DNA from: Sminthopsis crassicaudata
Lineage: Eukaryota
Direction of reading: 5' to 3'
Assembly: GCF_048593235.1 (NCBI RefSeq)
Contig: NC_133618.1
Coordinates: forward strand, 478,523,294 to 478,587,293
DNA: 64,000 nucleotides
A model generated the notes under the pieces. That model ran no database searches, was not told the DNA's origin, and was given only the letters and a program-made list of their open reading frames with translations. This document shows, one piece after another, positions 48,501 to 63,000 of this stretch; the first letter of the stretch is position 1; each line of letters opens with the position of its first letter. Made by a program: the position numbers and the translations under genes.

Positions 48501-50970
48501 CTTATGGGGTTGTGACACAGTTTAAGAAGCTTTAGTCTATCTCTATCATCCTCTGCAGATTCTTATTATAGTCATTTGCTGGTGGTATTCTGGTCAGTCT
48601 CCCTCCTTTCTCCAGGAATTTAGTACCTGGCTCACAGTGGTTCTCTTTGGACTTCAATACAACTATGCTGATATTTCTTTGAATGTTACCATTCATAGTG
48701 AAAAATATCTTAGGGATATTAGGGATAAGATAGGGATATCTTAGAGTTTACTATTACCTGTAGCTTTTCTACTTCCATGATCCTAAATCAGAAATACTTC
48801 TTATGATCATAACTTCCACATTATTCCATCTTTTGTTCTGTCTCATTCTTCCTAAATCTATTCTCTATCTTCACCAAAAGTCCCTCTCCCCCTGTTCTTT
48901 CAGTCTGTTACCTTTGCTTTGGGCTCACTTTCCTCCCATTACAATATTAAACCTAGGGTTGTTTAGTTTAACTCTATCCCATTCTTTCCCTTTAAATCCC
49001 TTTCTCTTTATCCTTGCTTGTTCATATCTCACACCAATTCTTGGCTATGGCCACCATTTGCTGCCTCTATTTCTATTCAAGTACTACTAAAGAATCATGC
49101 TATCATGCTGAATTGGTCCATTGTGACTGTATGCTATTTAATCTCAATTGAACCCTCAGTGTTGCACAGAAATCCTTTTTTTCTTTCTTGATCGACACTA
49201 TCATGCTCCCTAAAGTGGCTACAACACATTTTATCCCCTTTTCTTCACCCAGTAGATGATGTCATCTTCTACTAAGAAAATAAGAGACATCTGCTGGGAG
49301 CCCTCATCCCCCTCCCCCCCATTCCATATCTCAGCAGTCTTGTTTATACTATCTCCCATTTTATCTCTTTTGCAAAGGGGACGCCTCTATTTGTATCTTT
49401 GATCTCATCTTGCATCTGCCCTGGAAGCCTGCCCTCTGGAACTTATTTCAATCTTTTCTTATCCATTTGATCCTTTCCTGTTGTTTGAAAATATACCTAA
49501 GTTTTCTCATTTCTCAAAAACCACAACTTCAAGCAATCATCCTCAGAAATTATATCTTTCTCTCTTTTTTCTTCCACTTTTATACTCTTAGAGCTATCAA
49601 TACATATTACTTCCATTTCCTCTGTTTCCAGTCTGCAATCTCCTTCAGTCTGACTTCTGACCTTTAATATTCTAATGAAATTATTCTCTCCAAGGCTTCC
49701 AATGATCTTTTAACTGTTAAATCCAAATTTCCTCTTGGCCTTCATCCAACTTAACCTCTCTGAACCTTTTAGAACTGTTGACCACTCCCCTCGCCACTCC
49801 TGGATATTCTCTTCCTTGGCTTATATATATATATTTTTTTGGGTTCATCTTTTGCATCTTATCCTCAGTTCTCTCTACTGGATTGTCATCTATCTCCTGC
49901 CCACTAAATACAAATCTATCTGAGGCTCTGTCCTAAACTCTCCTCTCCTTGCCTTACCTCTTTTCTTTTTTCTTTACTCTATTTTTCTTCATGATCTCAT
50001 CCATTTATTTGGATTCTATTGTCATTTCCCTTCAGATGACTTCAAAATCTATATATCTAGCCTTTTCTTTTTCCTAAACTCTAGTCCCATTTTAGCCACT
50101 GATTACTGGACATCTCCATATGGATATGCCATCAAGAGCTCAAACACAATTTGACTAAAATGAAATTTATATTTTTCTATTAAAATCATCCTTTTTTCAA
50201 ACTTCCCTATTTCTGATTAGGACAAATTCACAGGTATCTTTGCCTCTTCCCTTACTTATCCAAGCCTTATCTATTCAATGTCCACAACATCTTTTTCATC
50301 TTCTCAATTCTCATGACCACTAATAGTTCAAGCCCTCATCACCCCTTGCTTAGACTATTACAGTGGTCTTTTCCCTGATCCCATCTTCCTCATAGCCACC
50401 AAACTGATATTCCTATGACACAATTATGACCATACTTATCCTTCCCTCCACCTCACTGCTCAAAAAACTACAATGATGGCCTTTTGCTTCAGGAGAGAAT
50501 AAACTGACTTTAAATTCTTCCATAATTGGGCTTAATCCTAACTTTACAGAATTATTTTATATAATTCCACATTCTATATTCCAACCCAAATAACCTAATA
50601 TCTTTTTTCCAAACTCATCATTATACTTCTGTTGCCATCTTTCCCAATACTTGACAAATATTCCTTCCTAACTTCTATCCCTAAGAAGACTTAGCTTCCT
50701 TCAAGATTTATCTCAACTGATACCTCTCATAGAAACTCTTTCCTCACATCCTTCACTCTCATCTCCTCCATAGTTCTTTCCTTCTTGAATTCTCTTGCAT
50801 TTGCTTACTTACTGGTATACATGCTTCATTCTGTCCTGCTGCTACTGCTGCTACCACTCCTTACTCCCCTCACCTAAGCTATTTGAGAACAGAGACTCTC
50901 ATATTGGTCTCTTGTCCCTAATATCTGGCACAATGTCTTCCAGTTAGTAGTCACTTAATAAATAAGTCTT

Positions 50971-51089
50971 GGGGCAGCTAGTTGGTGTAGTAGACAGCTC
51001 ACCAGCCTTGAAGTCAGAAGGACCTGAATTCAAATCTGGCCCCAGACACTTAACACGTCCTGGCTATGTGACCCTGGGCAAGTCACTTA
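50971..51089 (+). mobile_element. WSINE1-type SINE
   Basis: GGGGCAGCTAG head; TSD aataaataagtctt at 50957-50970 and 51090-51103. Confidence 0.85.
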
Positions 51090-54000
51090 AATAAATAAGT
51101 CTTTGAATTAAAAAAGGTCATTGGTGACCACACAGAAAGGAATTCTAGTGGAATGGTAGGACTTATTGTAGAAGGTTAAAGAAGGAGCAACTAGGAATGG
51201 AATAGATTTAACAAATATTGACCAGCCACCAAAAAAAAAAAAATTTTTTTTTTTGTGAAAGGTTAAGACAGAAATAGGGTGATAACTGAGATAAGAAGCC
51301 CCAGGACTGAATGAAGGTCTTTTCCTATCATGGAGTCCTATGTGCTTTTACTTCTGTGTGACAATCCTATCCTTAGGGAAGAGGTAAACCAAACTTGTTT
51401 TACCAGTATGGATTGGGAGGTGGGGGAAGAGCCGAGACAAGATAAAGCAAGACTAGGACCATAAACCTGTGGAGGCTTCCAGAGAGTATGCTTCAATTCC
51501 CCTTTTTTTTGAGATCAAAAAAGTGTGGGAAAAGGCCAGAGCTGCCTGCTTTTCTCTCCAGTTGCCAAATAGTCTCTGTGTGAACAAGTTGTCTAGACAC
51601 ACCCATATCTTCAAGTTATCCTAAGTTTAGACATACCAGGTTGCTTGGGATTTGGTTGTTGCCATACAAGGTACATATGTTATATGCACATATGAATGCC
51701 TGATGAAGCAAGGAAGAATAATTAACAGATTGATTAGTTATCCTTTTTGCAATCCAAACAAGGTAATTGTATAGCAGCTGTGTTTTAGTTACAGTCCAGA
51801 AGTGGTCATTAATAAGTGAAACTGTGTTTGCATTTCATAAGCATGTTTGAATTTCTCAAGTTTTGGATTTCATGTGAGGGAGCCAAGCTCAGGCAACACT
51901 TTAATGGGCAAACCCAACTTCAATTTAACTTTGGGGATTTTAGAGTACAAACAGAATCAATTAATCAAGAAATATTTAATGAGCTCTTTGCACACTGACC
52001 ATGTTCAAGGCCCTGTAAGTACTATAGAATTACTTATTACTTTTTCTAATTATTCTTCTCTCCTATAGATAATAGCCAGCATTTCTTCTTCGCCATGATT
52101 ATAAAGCTGTTTTTTTTCCCCTCTACCCATGACAAATATGCTATAGCCTTCTCTGTCGAACAAGGCAGACTTTAACCTTTTTATATGCAGCAGTCATATC
52201 CCTAGGGGATCTACTTGCTGTGGGAGAAAAGCTTGTCTCCAGCTGTCTTTATCTTCTTATATTCCATGGATGCTCATATCTCAGTTGTTAGATAGAACTG
52301 GAAAAGTATCCATTGTTTGTTGCCAGAACCCCAATGGAACAAACTGCTTGATCATGGGCCAACATGTGGCTCAACACCTGCTAGGAGCTGCCCCCCACAT
52401 TCATCATTCCTCCTTGGGAAAAAAAAAAACACCCTTCATATATTTGAGGACAATAAGTTATTCTATAACCTTTTTAAGATTATTGTGCTTCTTTTATGTC
52501 CTTTTTTAAAAAATGGTTTAAAATAAAATGCTTTGATAATGATTGGTGTATCATCTCTGCTCTGGATGCACTTCCAGGACACTCCACCTACCTCTTTGCT
52601 GCTTCACAGTGCTATAACACACAAAGACCTTAGAATCCATTGAGAATCATCTCCAAACAGTGACATTAGACATAGCACTGGGTGCAGAAGTAAAGAGGTG
52701 GAAATAAGCAATGGATGAGGGGAGGAGGTGATGTATATCTCCTGGGGGGAGTGGAGATCCAATGGGAATATGGAGCTCCTTACAAAAAAGAGTCTGACCT
52801 GCCTGGAGATGACTATCCATACAGGTTGAATAATTAAAATGAAGTCAAGTGTCAACCTGTGCTTTCTCTTGGTACAGTAAAAAAAGTTTCTCATCTGTGT
52901 CAGTGACATACTTGTCTGAAAGTCCTTTTTGTCTATCATGTCAGTGTTGAATTTATCCTTTCTGTCATTCAGTCATTGAGCAAACATTTACTGAGTACCT
53001 ACTGTGTGCTGGGGGAGGGAGAAAGTTGTTTGGATTATCTCCTTTTTAGGGATGGGGATGAGGGGAGTATTTAAGCAACTTGTATTCTGGCCCTGCTTTT
53101 TCCTTTATAGCCAGCCTGAGGGAAAGATATAAAATGCCCGGGCTGGCAGGCCTTTGCCACTCTAGTAATTTACTTTCTTGGGACCGCAGGGGCTTGGAGG
53201 GGCTGTAGCTTTCTGCCTGTCCAGCTCTTTGCAGAGTTTGCAAGGATTTCATTTCTTGTAAATTAGCATTTTGATGGGGGCTGGGAGTGGGGAACTGTGG
53301 AGTACAAGCGCTCCTCACTCTTCCCTCAAAACCACATTCCAGCGTTTATTTTCCTGTACTGGCAAAAGCTGAACAGTAAACATTTACCAAGGGGGAATTT
53401 GCCTTCTGCCTGCTCCATGAATGTGTGAGATTAAATATTACCAACTCTCTATTTTGGATCCACTTTTCCATGCCATCAGACAGGCGTCTCGAAGTAACAC
53501 CTGAGTGGGATTGGAAAGATTGAAAGAACGTGTTCTGAAGGCAGGAAGACTGTTTCCCAGGGGTTCACTAAAGAGCTATCCAGGCTAGAGGGTTGATCTT
53601 ACCCAGAAGTCAAAGGAGGCTTCACTTGATATGATTTAAGGAGCACTAGGAAGACCCCTTTCCTAAAAAGTTCTCCCCGAAAATTGATGCCTGAAATCTC
53701 ACCACTACAAATACATATCTTCATTCCCTTAGATTAATAACCCTGTCCTTTTACAGATGCTGTGAGTCTCTGATAAAGGACTTGATACTTCAGTAACCTT
53801 TATATCTTTTCTGCTGTAGGAATATACTTATTAAATATATACTTTATATAACTTTATAAAACCAACAGCATCTGCAGCTACTGCTCAGCAGAGCCTGACA
53901 CAATCTTCCTTAGAGAGCTCCCTTCCACATAGCTGCTAGAAATTGAGAGAATATCATATTCTAGAAGGGCAGGCAGGGCTGGCTTGAATTTAGTCTTTGT

Positions 54001-57000
54001 CTCCCTAGTGCCTAGCTTTGTGCCTGGCACATGGTAGGTGTTTGATAAATGGTTGTTGAATAAAATTGAGAGCCTTTGTAATTTCTAAGGGCTGTTGGAC
54101 AGGGATTCAGAATATCTACTTTCTAGTCCCAGCTCTCTGACCTAAGAAGTTACCTCCCTTTTCAGAGCCTCAGAGATTTCCTCATCTGTCAAAAAACAAC
54201 AAAAAACACAATCCTCCCTACTTATCTCAGCAAGGTTGTTGTGAGGATCCAGTGAAATATACGTGAAGTGAGTTGTAGAGTACAAAAACTACAAAATTCT
54301 TTGAGGGAATTATTATTATTGCATTAAGTTTCACATTAAATCCTTAATATCATAGAGTACAATGGGTTTATCAGATACATTTTCTTCCTCCCCAATGGGG
54401 ACTGGAGATAGAAAGCTTCTTGAAGTAGACACCTCGAAATAAAGTTGATAAAAGAAGGGAAAAAGTGTAAAAAGGAAAAGAATGTGTGCAAGTGTGTAAA
54501 CAAATGCAGTTTTGCTGAGTTCACAATCCTACCCATAGCTGGCCCTATCCTCACCTTTTCTAGCTTTGTGGTCTTGGTGTGGCTTGCTCTTGTGGGCCAG
54601 GGAATTCCTAGAATGGAAGGCACGTGAGTGTATGGTCTCTCCAAGGCTTTTCCAACAATGGCTTCCTTCCTAAAACCTCCCAGTTTGGAGTTCAGTTTGC
54701 CAAAGTTTGGGTGATCTAATTTATGGACCATGGTCTAAGAATCCTTAGGACAGCCAAATTCCTTTTGTTTGCCTTCTTCTTCTTTGGGTAATTAAGACTT
54801 TTACAATAACTAGCACCTGGTTCAATCACAGCCCTATTTGCACCTTGAAACAAATGGAATTTGTTACTTCATTACTCTTTTAGAGATAGGGGCATTATAG
54901 GGAAATGATCAGAGCAGAAATGAAGGAGCCCTGTCTCCCCCAAGTCTTATCAGTCAAGAAATATTCTGGAATTGTTACAGCACAGGACTAAGTATATAGT
55001 AGGTACCCCCCAAATGTGTGCTGTTTGGAGCCATACTTAATCCAGTTTCATCTACCTCCAGACATGAGCAGTGGTCATAGCCATTCAGAATATTGACCTT
55101 GAGGTCCTTCAAGACCCTCTATCATGAAAAAAATATGCCATTGTCTTCACTTGACTGTTCTTTACTGAAGCAGGAAAGTAGACTCAGATTTTTTCCAAAG
55201 ATTTTGAATAAAAAGGGTTTTCAGGTTCACATTGAGTTACCAAGAAAATTCAATTAACCAGAACCCCTGTTCCCCACAAATATTAGTTTCTCAAGATTTT
55301 CATTTGAATTTCCCAAAACCTAATCCCTTTCCTTGGGAGCAGCACAGTCTGCTTTACCTCCTCTCCAATTCCCCCCCACACACACACACACACCCTGCCT
55401 CGTCCCCAACCCACCCAGCACACGTTTTCATCAGTGGGCGTAGGGCCTCCTGGGTATGTGGCAGCCAATTCAGAAATGTACACATGTGCTCTGGAACGAA
55501 AAAAGTTGGAAAGCTGTGGTCTAATCCATCCAGGACAGAGGGCTGCCTCATCAGTCCTGTGTATGCTTTCCACTCTACCTCCTCCTTAAAATCCCGGAGG
55601 TTCCAGCTGTCAAATTCCTCTGCTAGCCTGGATCCGGAGTTGGGGGGAGTTGGAGGGGGGAAAAAGAAGGGGGTGGAGGGAGGTGATTTTTTCAGGGTTG
55701 TAATTTGCACAAAGGAGTGAATTTCAAACCTAGTTGTAGTGCAAAGTTAACTTTTAAAATTAGATTTTGTTCTAAAAAATCTTTGAGAAAACATTCAAGT
55801 CAGTGACTATTCTGTAAGCATAGCCTATTGATAAACTACCTTCAAGGAGATTATAGAAGGAGGGGGACAAGAAAGAGACATCGTCAAGCCTCAGTTCCAA
55901 TATTCCCTTTCCTCTTTGAGAGTCCCAATATACCATTATCTCTTCCTTCAAACTTTGGTGGTACTTATTCTCAGCATGCTTTATTTGTATTTTTACTTAT
56001 CTTTCCATAGGTTCATGCCCTAATTTCATTTGGTAGCCTATAAATTCCTGGAGGATAGGGGTAGTCTTTGTATTTCCCTTCTTTCCCCACCCTGTGCCTA
56101 GCAGAGGTTTATGAACATAATAGATTTTAGTTTGGCACTTATCCATAACACACGAGATACTAAATGCCAGGACTACAAAAACAAGAATCCTTACCTTCAA
56201 GAATTAATCCCTGGACCTCTGTCCTACAGTCTCACCTTCTACAAGAAGCCTCCTTAACCTTAGTGCCTTCCTTCAGAAATTATCTCCAGTTTATTCTATA
56301 TGCATCTTGTTTCCCCATACTTGTAGTTGTATCTCTTCCATTAGACTGTGAGCTCCTTGAGAGCAGTCTCTTTTCTTTATAGGAATCTTTAATGTGCTAA
56401 GATACATTGTAGTACTTAATAAATGCTTTTTGGTTGACTCTGTTAACCAAAGTTGAATGGTTCCCTTTTAACTTTCTCTCCTATTTGCTGTGATTTAGGA
56501 GGCTGCTTCTTAAGCCATGAATGGACCCTATGGTTGATGTGTAGCTTGGATGAATGACCACTTGTTGCTGTTCTTGTTCAGATATGGTTAGATCAGAAAG
56601 CCTATGAAGTCTCTTCCAACCCTGACATTTCATGATTCTGTGGCTACCATTACTCTATCTAGTCTCTTTCCTTCCTCTCAAAAATAGTTCTGTGGGATAA
56701 TCTATTCTATCCTTTTAGACCTCACCCATTTCTGTCATCTGAAGAAATTCCCTGAGCAGTTTAAGGAAGTGATGTGTGCCTGCAGGGCGTGGCAGGCAGG
56801 ACCCTGAAATGGGACAGGTAAGCTGTCAACCATTGACCCTGCTTGTAGCAAGGTCAGCCACTATGGATGCTGATCCACTTTCATCTTTTTCACTAGTCCA
56901 GGTTTTAATTTAATTTAATTTGGAAAATTATACCTTGTATTCTTTTTTTGTAATGAGGAATCCAACTAGACTTCTTTTCTTTTTTCCTCTAAAAGGGGGA

Positions 57001-60000
57001 AATCTCTCCTTTAGAGCTTTGGTATCTTCCTTTCTGTAAGTCATTTAGAAACAAGGTCTTTGGTCCAGGAATACTTACTCACTTTCTTCCTGGGGATCAG
57101 TCCTAAAGTCCTTGGAAATCTAGGAAACTTCTTTTGTCAGTTAAAGAGTTGTCCCTGACAAACTGAAAAAAATGAGTAACATGCTTCCAATTGGCCTTAG
57201 CTTCCCCAAAATCTATTACACATCTCTGTTCCTGATGATCACAGAATCACTGGATTTAGAGACAGAAGCGACCTTAGGAGAATCTCTTATCTAACCTCTT
57301 CATTTTATAGCTGACCCAGAAAAGGAGACGTGGTTTGTCCACTATCACATATCTAGTAAGTGGCAGAGTTGCGATTCAAACAAACCCATAAATGGCAGTA
57401 GAAAAAGTATTTCCTTTCAGAATTGCTGAGTTCTAGTCCCAACCAAACTTTGTCCTGATTCCCCATGTGCCTTTTCTCTGTTCCTTGGTTTTCAAAGGGA
57501 ATAATAATCCCCAACACACTTCACAGAGTTGTGAGAATAAAAATAATGTATCTCATTTTAGAAAGTTGAAAGCACTTTACAAATGTGGGAGATTATTATA
57601 TTTTCAGTCTGTGTTGCTTCTCAGGGTAACGAGTTCCATAAGTTTTCTCCCTGCTGTGTGAAGGAGGATGGCCTGTTATTTGTCCTAAAAACTGCCTCTT
57701 TCAAGCTTCAGGGGGTTAGGGGTTTAGGGGGAGGAGGGAAGGGTGCCAGTTCTAGGATTTGGGGACTTAGTGAATAAGTCTCACATTTCTTCTCTCCACT
57801 ACCTTAATAAGCCTGGAGAATGGAGAAGAATTGGTCAAATTCCTATGTGATAGCATCTAGTCAAGCTCTAAGCTTAGCACACAGTAGGTATTCCATAAAT
57901 GTCTGTTGAATGAATGCATACATATTTCCCATGAGGCCAGGTATAAGGCCAAAGCAGATGCAGTTGTGTAACTGTAGATTTTTATACCAATAGCTCATGT
58001 TCCAAGAACTTTAATTTGCCGTAACTGTTTTCTTTCCACCATCCTTCCCCCCCCCCCCATTCCCCTTTCTCCCTCCTCCCCCTCCCACCATGGGCTGGCT
58101 TATAACACAAGAGTCTGTTTTATATGCATATAGATAGATATTTGGTAAACATAAAAATATGTTGTAAATAATGTTGCATTTCTTTTATTATTAACACACA
58201 AAAGCAAGAAAGCTCCGAGTTAGAGCAGCTGCAATTCAGCCCAGTGTGTGGTAAACCATATGGTCTAAAAAATTAAACAGAATACAACACATGAGTGCAA
58301 CATACAGCCTTTATCTGACAGTGCCAAGGACAGCCCTTCCCCTTGGAAAAGGCCACCCTCAGCATGGGGTCGTGGGAGGATTTTCTCAGATATTTGTAAT
58401 CACGAACAATAATGAGACCTTGCAGTCTCATCAGCTTTTGCTCGCAAGTATCTATTATCTCATTTTATCTTTATAACAAACCTACAAGTTACACAAAGCA
58501 AATAACATTTCTCTCTATGAGTAGTTAGATAGAGATGCAGTCACCTAGCATAGATGACACATAGAATCAATGGTGAAACATGTTCATTTGTCATCCAAAA
58601 CTCTTGTGAAAAGGATTGACTAATCTGCCCTGTCCAATGTAGCCTCAGCTTATCTTTATAGATTTATTTCTCCCTGTTCCCCTCTTATATTTTGTACTCT
58701 AATTTTTCCTCACTTTCCTAACCTCCTCACTCCCTGCTTTGTTTTATATTTTGTATAGGTTGTATTCTTCAAAAATCTCTCTTAACCACCAATGTAATGT
58801 GAGTTTCTTGAGGACAAGGATTATTTTATTTGTTATCTTTATATCCTAGATGCTTAGCACAATTCTTGCATATAAGAAAGGCTTAATAAATATTGGATGA
58901 ATGGTTAATGGTTTAACTATACTATTTGCTGTTCCTCTAAGAAAATTTGTTTTCTGTGCTTCCACTATGATTTGGAATACTGGGAACTGAAATACTCTTC
59001 TCCTTATGCCTCTTCTCAATGTAGTTTACATGCTAATTCCATAAAGCCTTCTTTAATTCTCTCCCTTCTGTCCCCAACCGAGATCTCTTTCTTCACTGAG
59101 CCACCATAGCAACAGCCTTTTCCTATATAGTCCTTACCAAAGTCTCCTGTGTTTTGTAGTTATGCATGAATTATCTCTCAATCACTAAATTATAAACTAT
59201 TTGTTAGGTTGGGTTGGATTAAGACCTGAATCTTTATGTCATCTGCCCTTGCCTTTAATCTAGCACGTAGTAGGCTCTTGACAGATGTTTTTGAGCTGAA
59301 TTGCTCAATCGTTAGTTATTCCTTTTTCAATTCCAGAAGTCTAGTCACCACAAGCTACATTTTATGGGCTAGGAATTGGAAATGGTATTTATACATAACA
59401 CTGTTTTCATTTACTTATACCAACAGGCATTTTAACATTTAGAATATGAAAACATCTCTACCTTTTACTATTTGAAGAGCGGCTGGTCTTAAATTTCCTT
59501 TACATTTTCTAGGAAGAAAATGCTTGCCTTCACAAACTATAATTCCTTTCCTGACAGTTCCCATTGAGTACACATTTAGGAGGCTCAAAATTTGACAAAA
59601 TATAATAGTGTAAACAAGCTTATAAAATGAATGGAGATTTAACTTAAGTAAATAACTGATTTTAAGCATTTTAAAAGCACCCACCCACGATTAGCTTGCT
59701 TCTCTTTTATAAAGAAGACTTATAGTCATTAAAGGACCATCCTTCTCCCAACATACAAAGTCTGATAGCTTAGCTTAAATTACTTTATGTAGTGAGAGTG
59801 GGGGAAAAAATGAACAAACCCTGGATCTGTGGATCTAGATTTCTATCCTAGATTTACCATGAATTCACTCTGATTTTGGACGAGTCTCAGTTCCTCATCC
59901 ATAAAATAAGTAGATTGAGATGGTTCAAAAACTACATGAACCTCTTTAAATATATACATGCCATTTGGCTTTTAAAACAAAATCAAGTAGCGAAGCTGTA

Positions 60001-63000
60001 TCTTTATGTTGATTTATTTCTTAAGTGAACAAACTCCCCTTTGCTACTAGGAACAATTACTTGTCTTAGAGGAAGGTGAACTCTGGAGATTTGTCATTCT
60101 CCTTCTCAACCCACTTCTTCCAACCCCAAAGAACACTCCCTTCTCCCTGCTAGGTCTCTCTTGGGCCTTCTCTTCTTAATCTTTGACCCTATTTGTCAAC
60201 TTCCCCCCCCACTCTCCCTATCTGTCAACCTTTGCTTCTCACCTCTATTTCCTCCTGCTCCATACTTCATCCCTTCAAGCCCTCCCAGTCTTACTAGGTG
60301 ACATTTAGCTAATCCGATAAACTCATTGTTTATGAGCATTAATGTGCTAATGGAAGAAGGCTATGGGAGTTTCTCAGGATCCTCCCTCCAGATCTTGGGC
60401 CACACATGTGTGCTGCAATAAAGGCTTTCTTGAAAGACAATAAATAATTATTATTTGGTCTTTCTATTGTGTTGTTTAAACTTGTATAAATTAAATGCAA
60501 TTATAGCAATGTATAAACCAGTACAGATGAAGTTTGTGTAAAATCTTTCTGGTATTAATTGAGAAAAAAAATATAAAATATCATGTGGCTCTTCAAAAAA
60601 GTTATATTCTAAAAATATTATCCCAAAACGGCTCTTTTCTCTTAAAATGTTGTCAGCCCCAGGACCAGATGATCACTGAGGTCCCTTCTGGCAATTCTTA
60701 GCTCCTCTAGGGAACCCATACTATTCCAGCTCATGTGGTGTCTCCCCTTTTTGCACTTCCATTGTGCTTATTTCCCATACAGAATAAAGATCCCATTTTC
60801 TTTAAAGGTGTTCTCCAATCTAGGATTTCCAGTAACTCCAATTAGCCTTTTCTCTTCCCCACCCATGTATGGGGAATGTAAAATGTTCCTGTACCTGGGG
60901 GCTTCTGGCATGGATATGTGATGTTTAAGTGAGGGATGATAGCAGAATGTAGAATGTGCCATTGGAACTCATCTTGAAGGCATACACTTTGAAGCTTTAT
61001 ATAACTACATGATCTTCTGGCCCAGCTCTGTATGATTTGCGGCGATAGGGAATTTTCTCCCGATCACTAATGATAGAAAGAAATGCAGTGTTCCATATAA
61101 TGTCCCAAAGATTTTTCTATAAATCACACTGTAAGTTAAATCAGCAGAATATTTTTATCACTATCCCACTGTTTGCCAAGTATGTGCTGGTGCCGAGTGA
61201 GAAATGAGATCTCAGTAGACAATAAATGGCAGAGGATTCTGTGGAGCACATTTTAAGCCCAGCAACTGAAGCCCTGGTTTCCAGCCCCACCTCAAAGGAA
61301 ACCAAGCAGAATGTAACCGCATGAAAGTGTTTGTATCATCGAGAAACTATCATTCCTTTCCCAACAGCTCCCACTGAGTACAGATTTAGGGGAAACTAAA
61401 TCTGGCAAAACAAACTTTCAATGTGGTATGTCTCTGTTTTCTCTTTGACCTGAGATCAGCTACCTTGGGTCAGGTGAAGCCCAGAATACAGCTGTTACCA
61501 TCTCTTATTTCTAGGTGGATTAACTCACCCTCACATCTAGAATAAAGCTGGAGATAGAAAGCATTCCCTTTCGGGGTTTTCTTGTTACTAGGGCTCCTGC
61601 GGCAGAATTGGGCTTCCCTGGTTTCTCTGCTGATTTCTTGATTATCTCTTCAAGCAGCAAAAAAAGAGTATACTTTCTTTAGCCTAGCATTTGGGGTCCT
61701 TCATGACTTAGATCCACTTCTCCCCGACTCTAGCCTATGCTTTCTAACTCACTCACCATTGTAGGGCTTAGAACTGGAAAGGACCATAAGATCATCTAGT
61801 CCACCACCTTTTATAGGAAAGAGCTTCACAGAAAGGGGAAGCAATTTAGATAGGGTCAGACAAGTTGGATAATAATAATAAGTAATAAGCAGCTGGAACT
61901 TTAATGTTAGGGTCTCTAATCATATCTAATTATCTAATATTTAATCATATCTAGTCATGTAATGATTAGAAATCATAAAATCATAGCTTTGGACCTGGAA
62001 GAAACTTTTAGAGGTCATTAATCCAAGATTCCCATTTCACAAATGAGTAATCTGAGGCCAGCAATTAACTAGTTTATTCAACTTTGCATAGATAGTAAAT
62101 AACAGAAATAAAATCAGGAAAATCAGGTTTGCTGACCAGTGGAGTTTCTGAGTTCTTCAGCCTCCTGATTTTGGTGACTGTTTTGCATCAATTAAACTTT
62201 TTTAAGACATAATGTTGGATCAAAATATTAAATATTGTTCATTTCTTTTTTTTCCCCCTGGAGTTGTCAACTTATTTAAATAAATTGGATTAGAGCTGCT
62301 ATAACTAGATGTGAAGTCTTTTCTTGCTCCAAATCACTGTGCCTGTTTTCTTGCTTAAAATACTTTTTAACCCATCTACCAATCAAAAATTTTGCCCAAA
62401 CTTTAAAATCAGCTTAAATGTCCCCACAACTGATTCTTCCAGACAAGGGCAAAGGGGTTTCTCCCCTTTCTAAATTTGTTATATGCTTACATCTAAAAGT
62501 AGCACCATCACAAGTCAGAATATAAAATTTTATCTCCTCTAATAGACTATATTAGTTCTCTGAAGATGGGATCTGTGTTTCTTAATGAACCAACAAGTAG
62601 TTTTTGAGGTGTGTAACTGAGTTAAACACAATGGGGGATGAAAAGATGAATCAGTTTATAACATCCCTTGTCTTTGAAAGAAAGAGAAGGGAAAAAAATT
62701 AGCTCCTAACTCAAAAGTATCACTGGGAATGATGTTGCCTGCTGAGTTTGCCATGGCCTCTTGGTATAATTGTGATGTTGTGCTTTAAGTGCTTTCTTCA
62801 CATCAAACTTGTGAGGAAGGCAATGAAAACTTTACCCCCATTTTATGGATGAGGAAGTCAAAGCTGCAGAGATCAGGCACCTATTTTTCTGTGCTTCTCT
62901 AATCTTGAATGGTTCTTCTTTAGCCTAGCCTCTGGGTATGCTTTCTCTGCCGGTGATTGTCCTCTCATACTTACCCTTCTCTCTCTGGCATCCTAAGTGA

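Larger units (their letters stand above)
46480..50960 (+). mobile_element. Degenerate L2 LINE pieces (pyrimidine-rich sense strand)
   Basis: L2-like tracts (cttcagtggttccttactgcc, ctctccaaggcttccaatgatct) and a 3' terminus near 50940; fragmented. Confidence 0.55.
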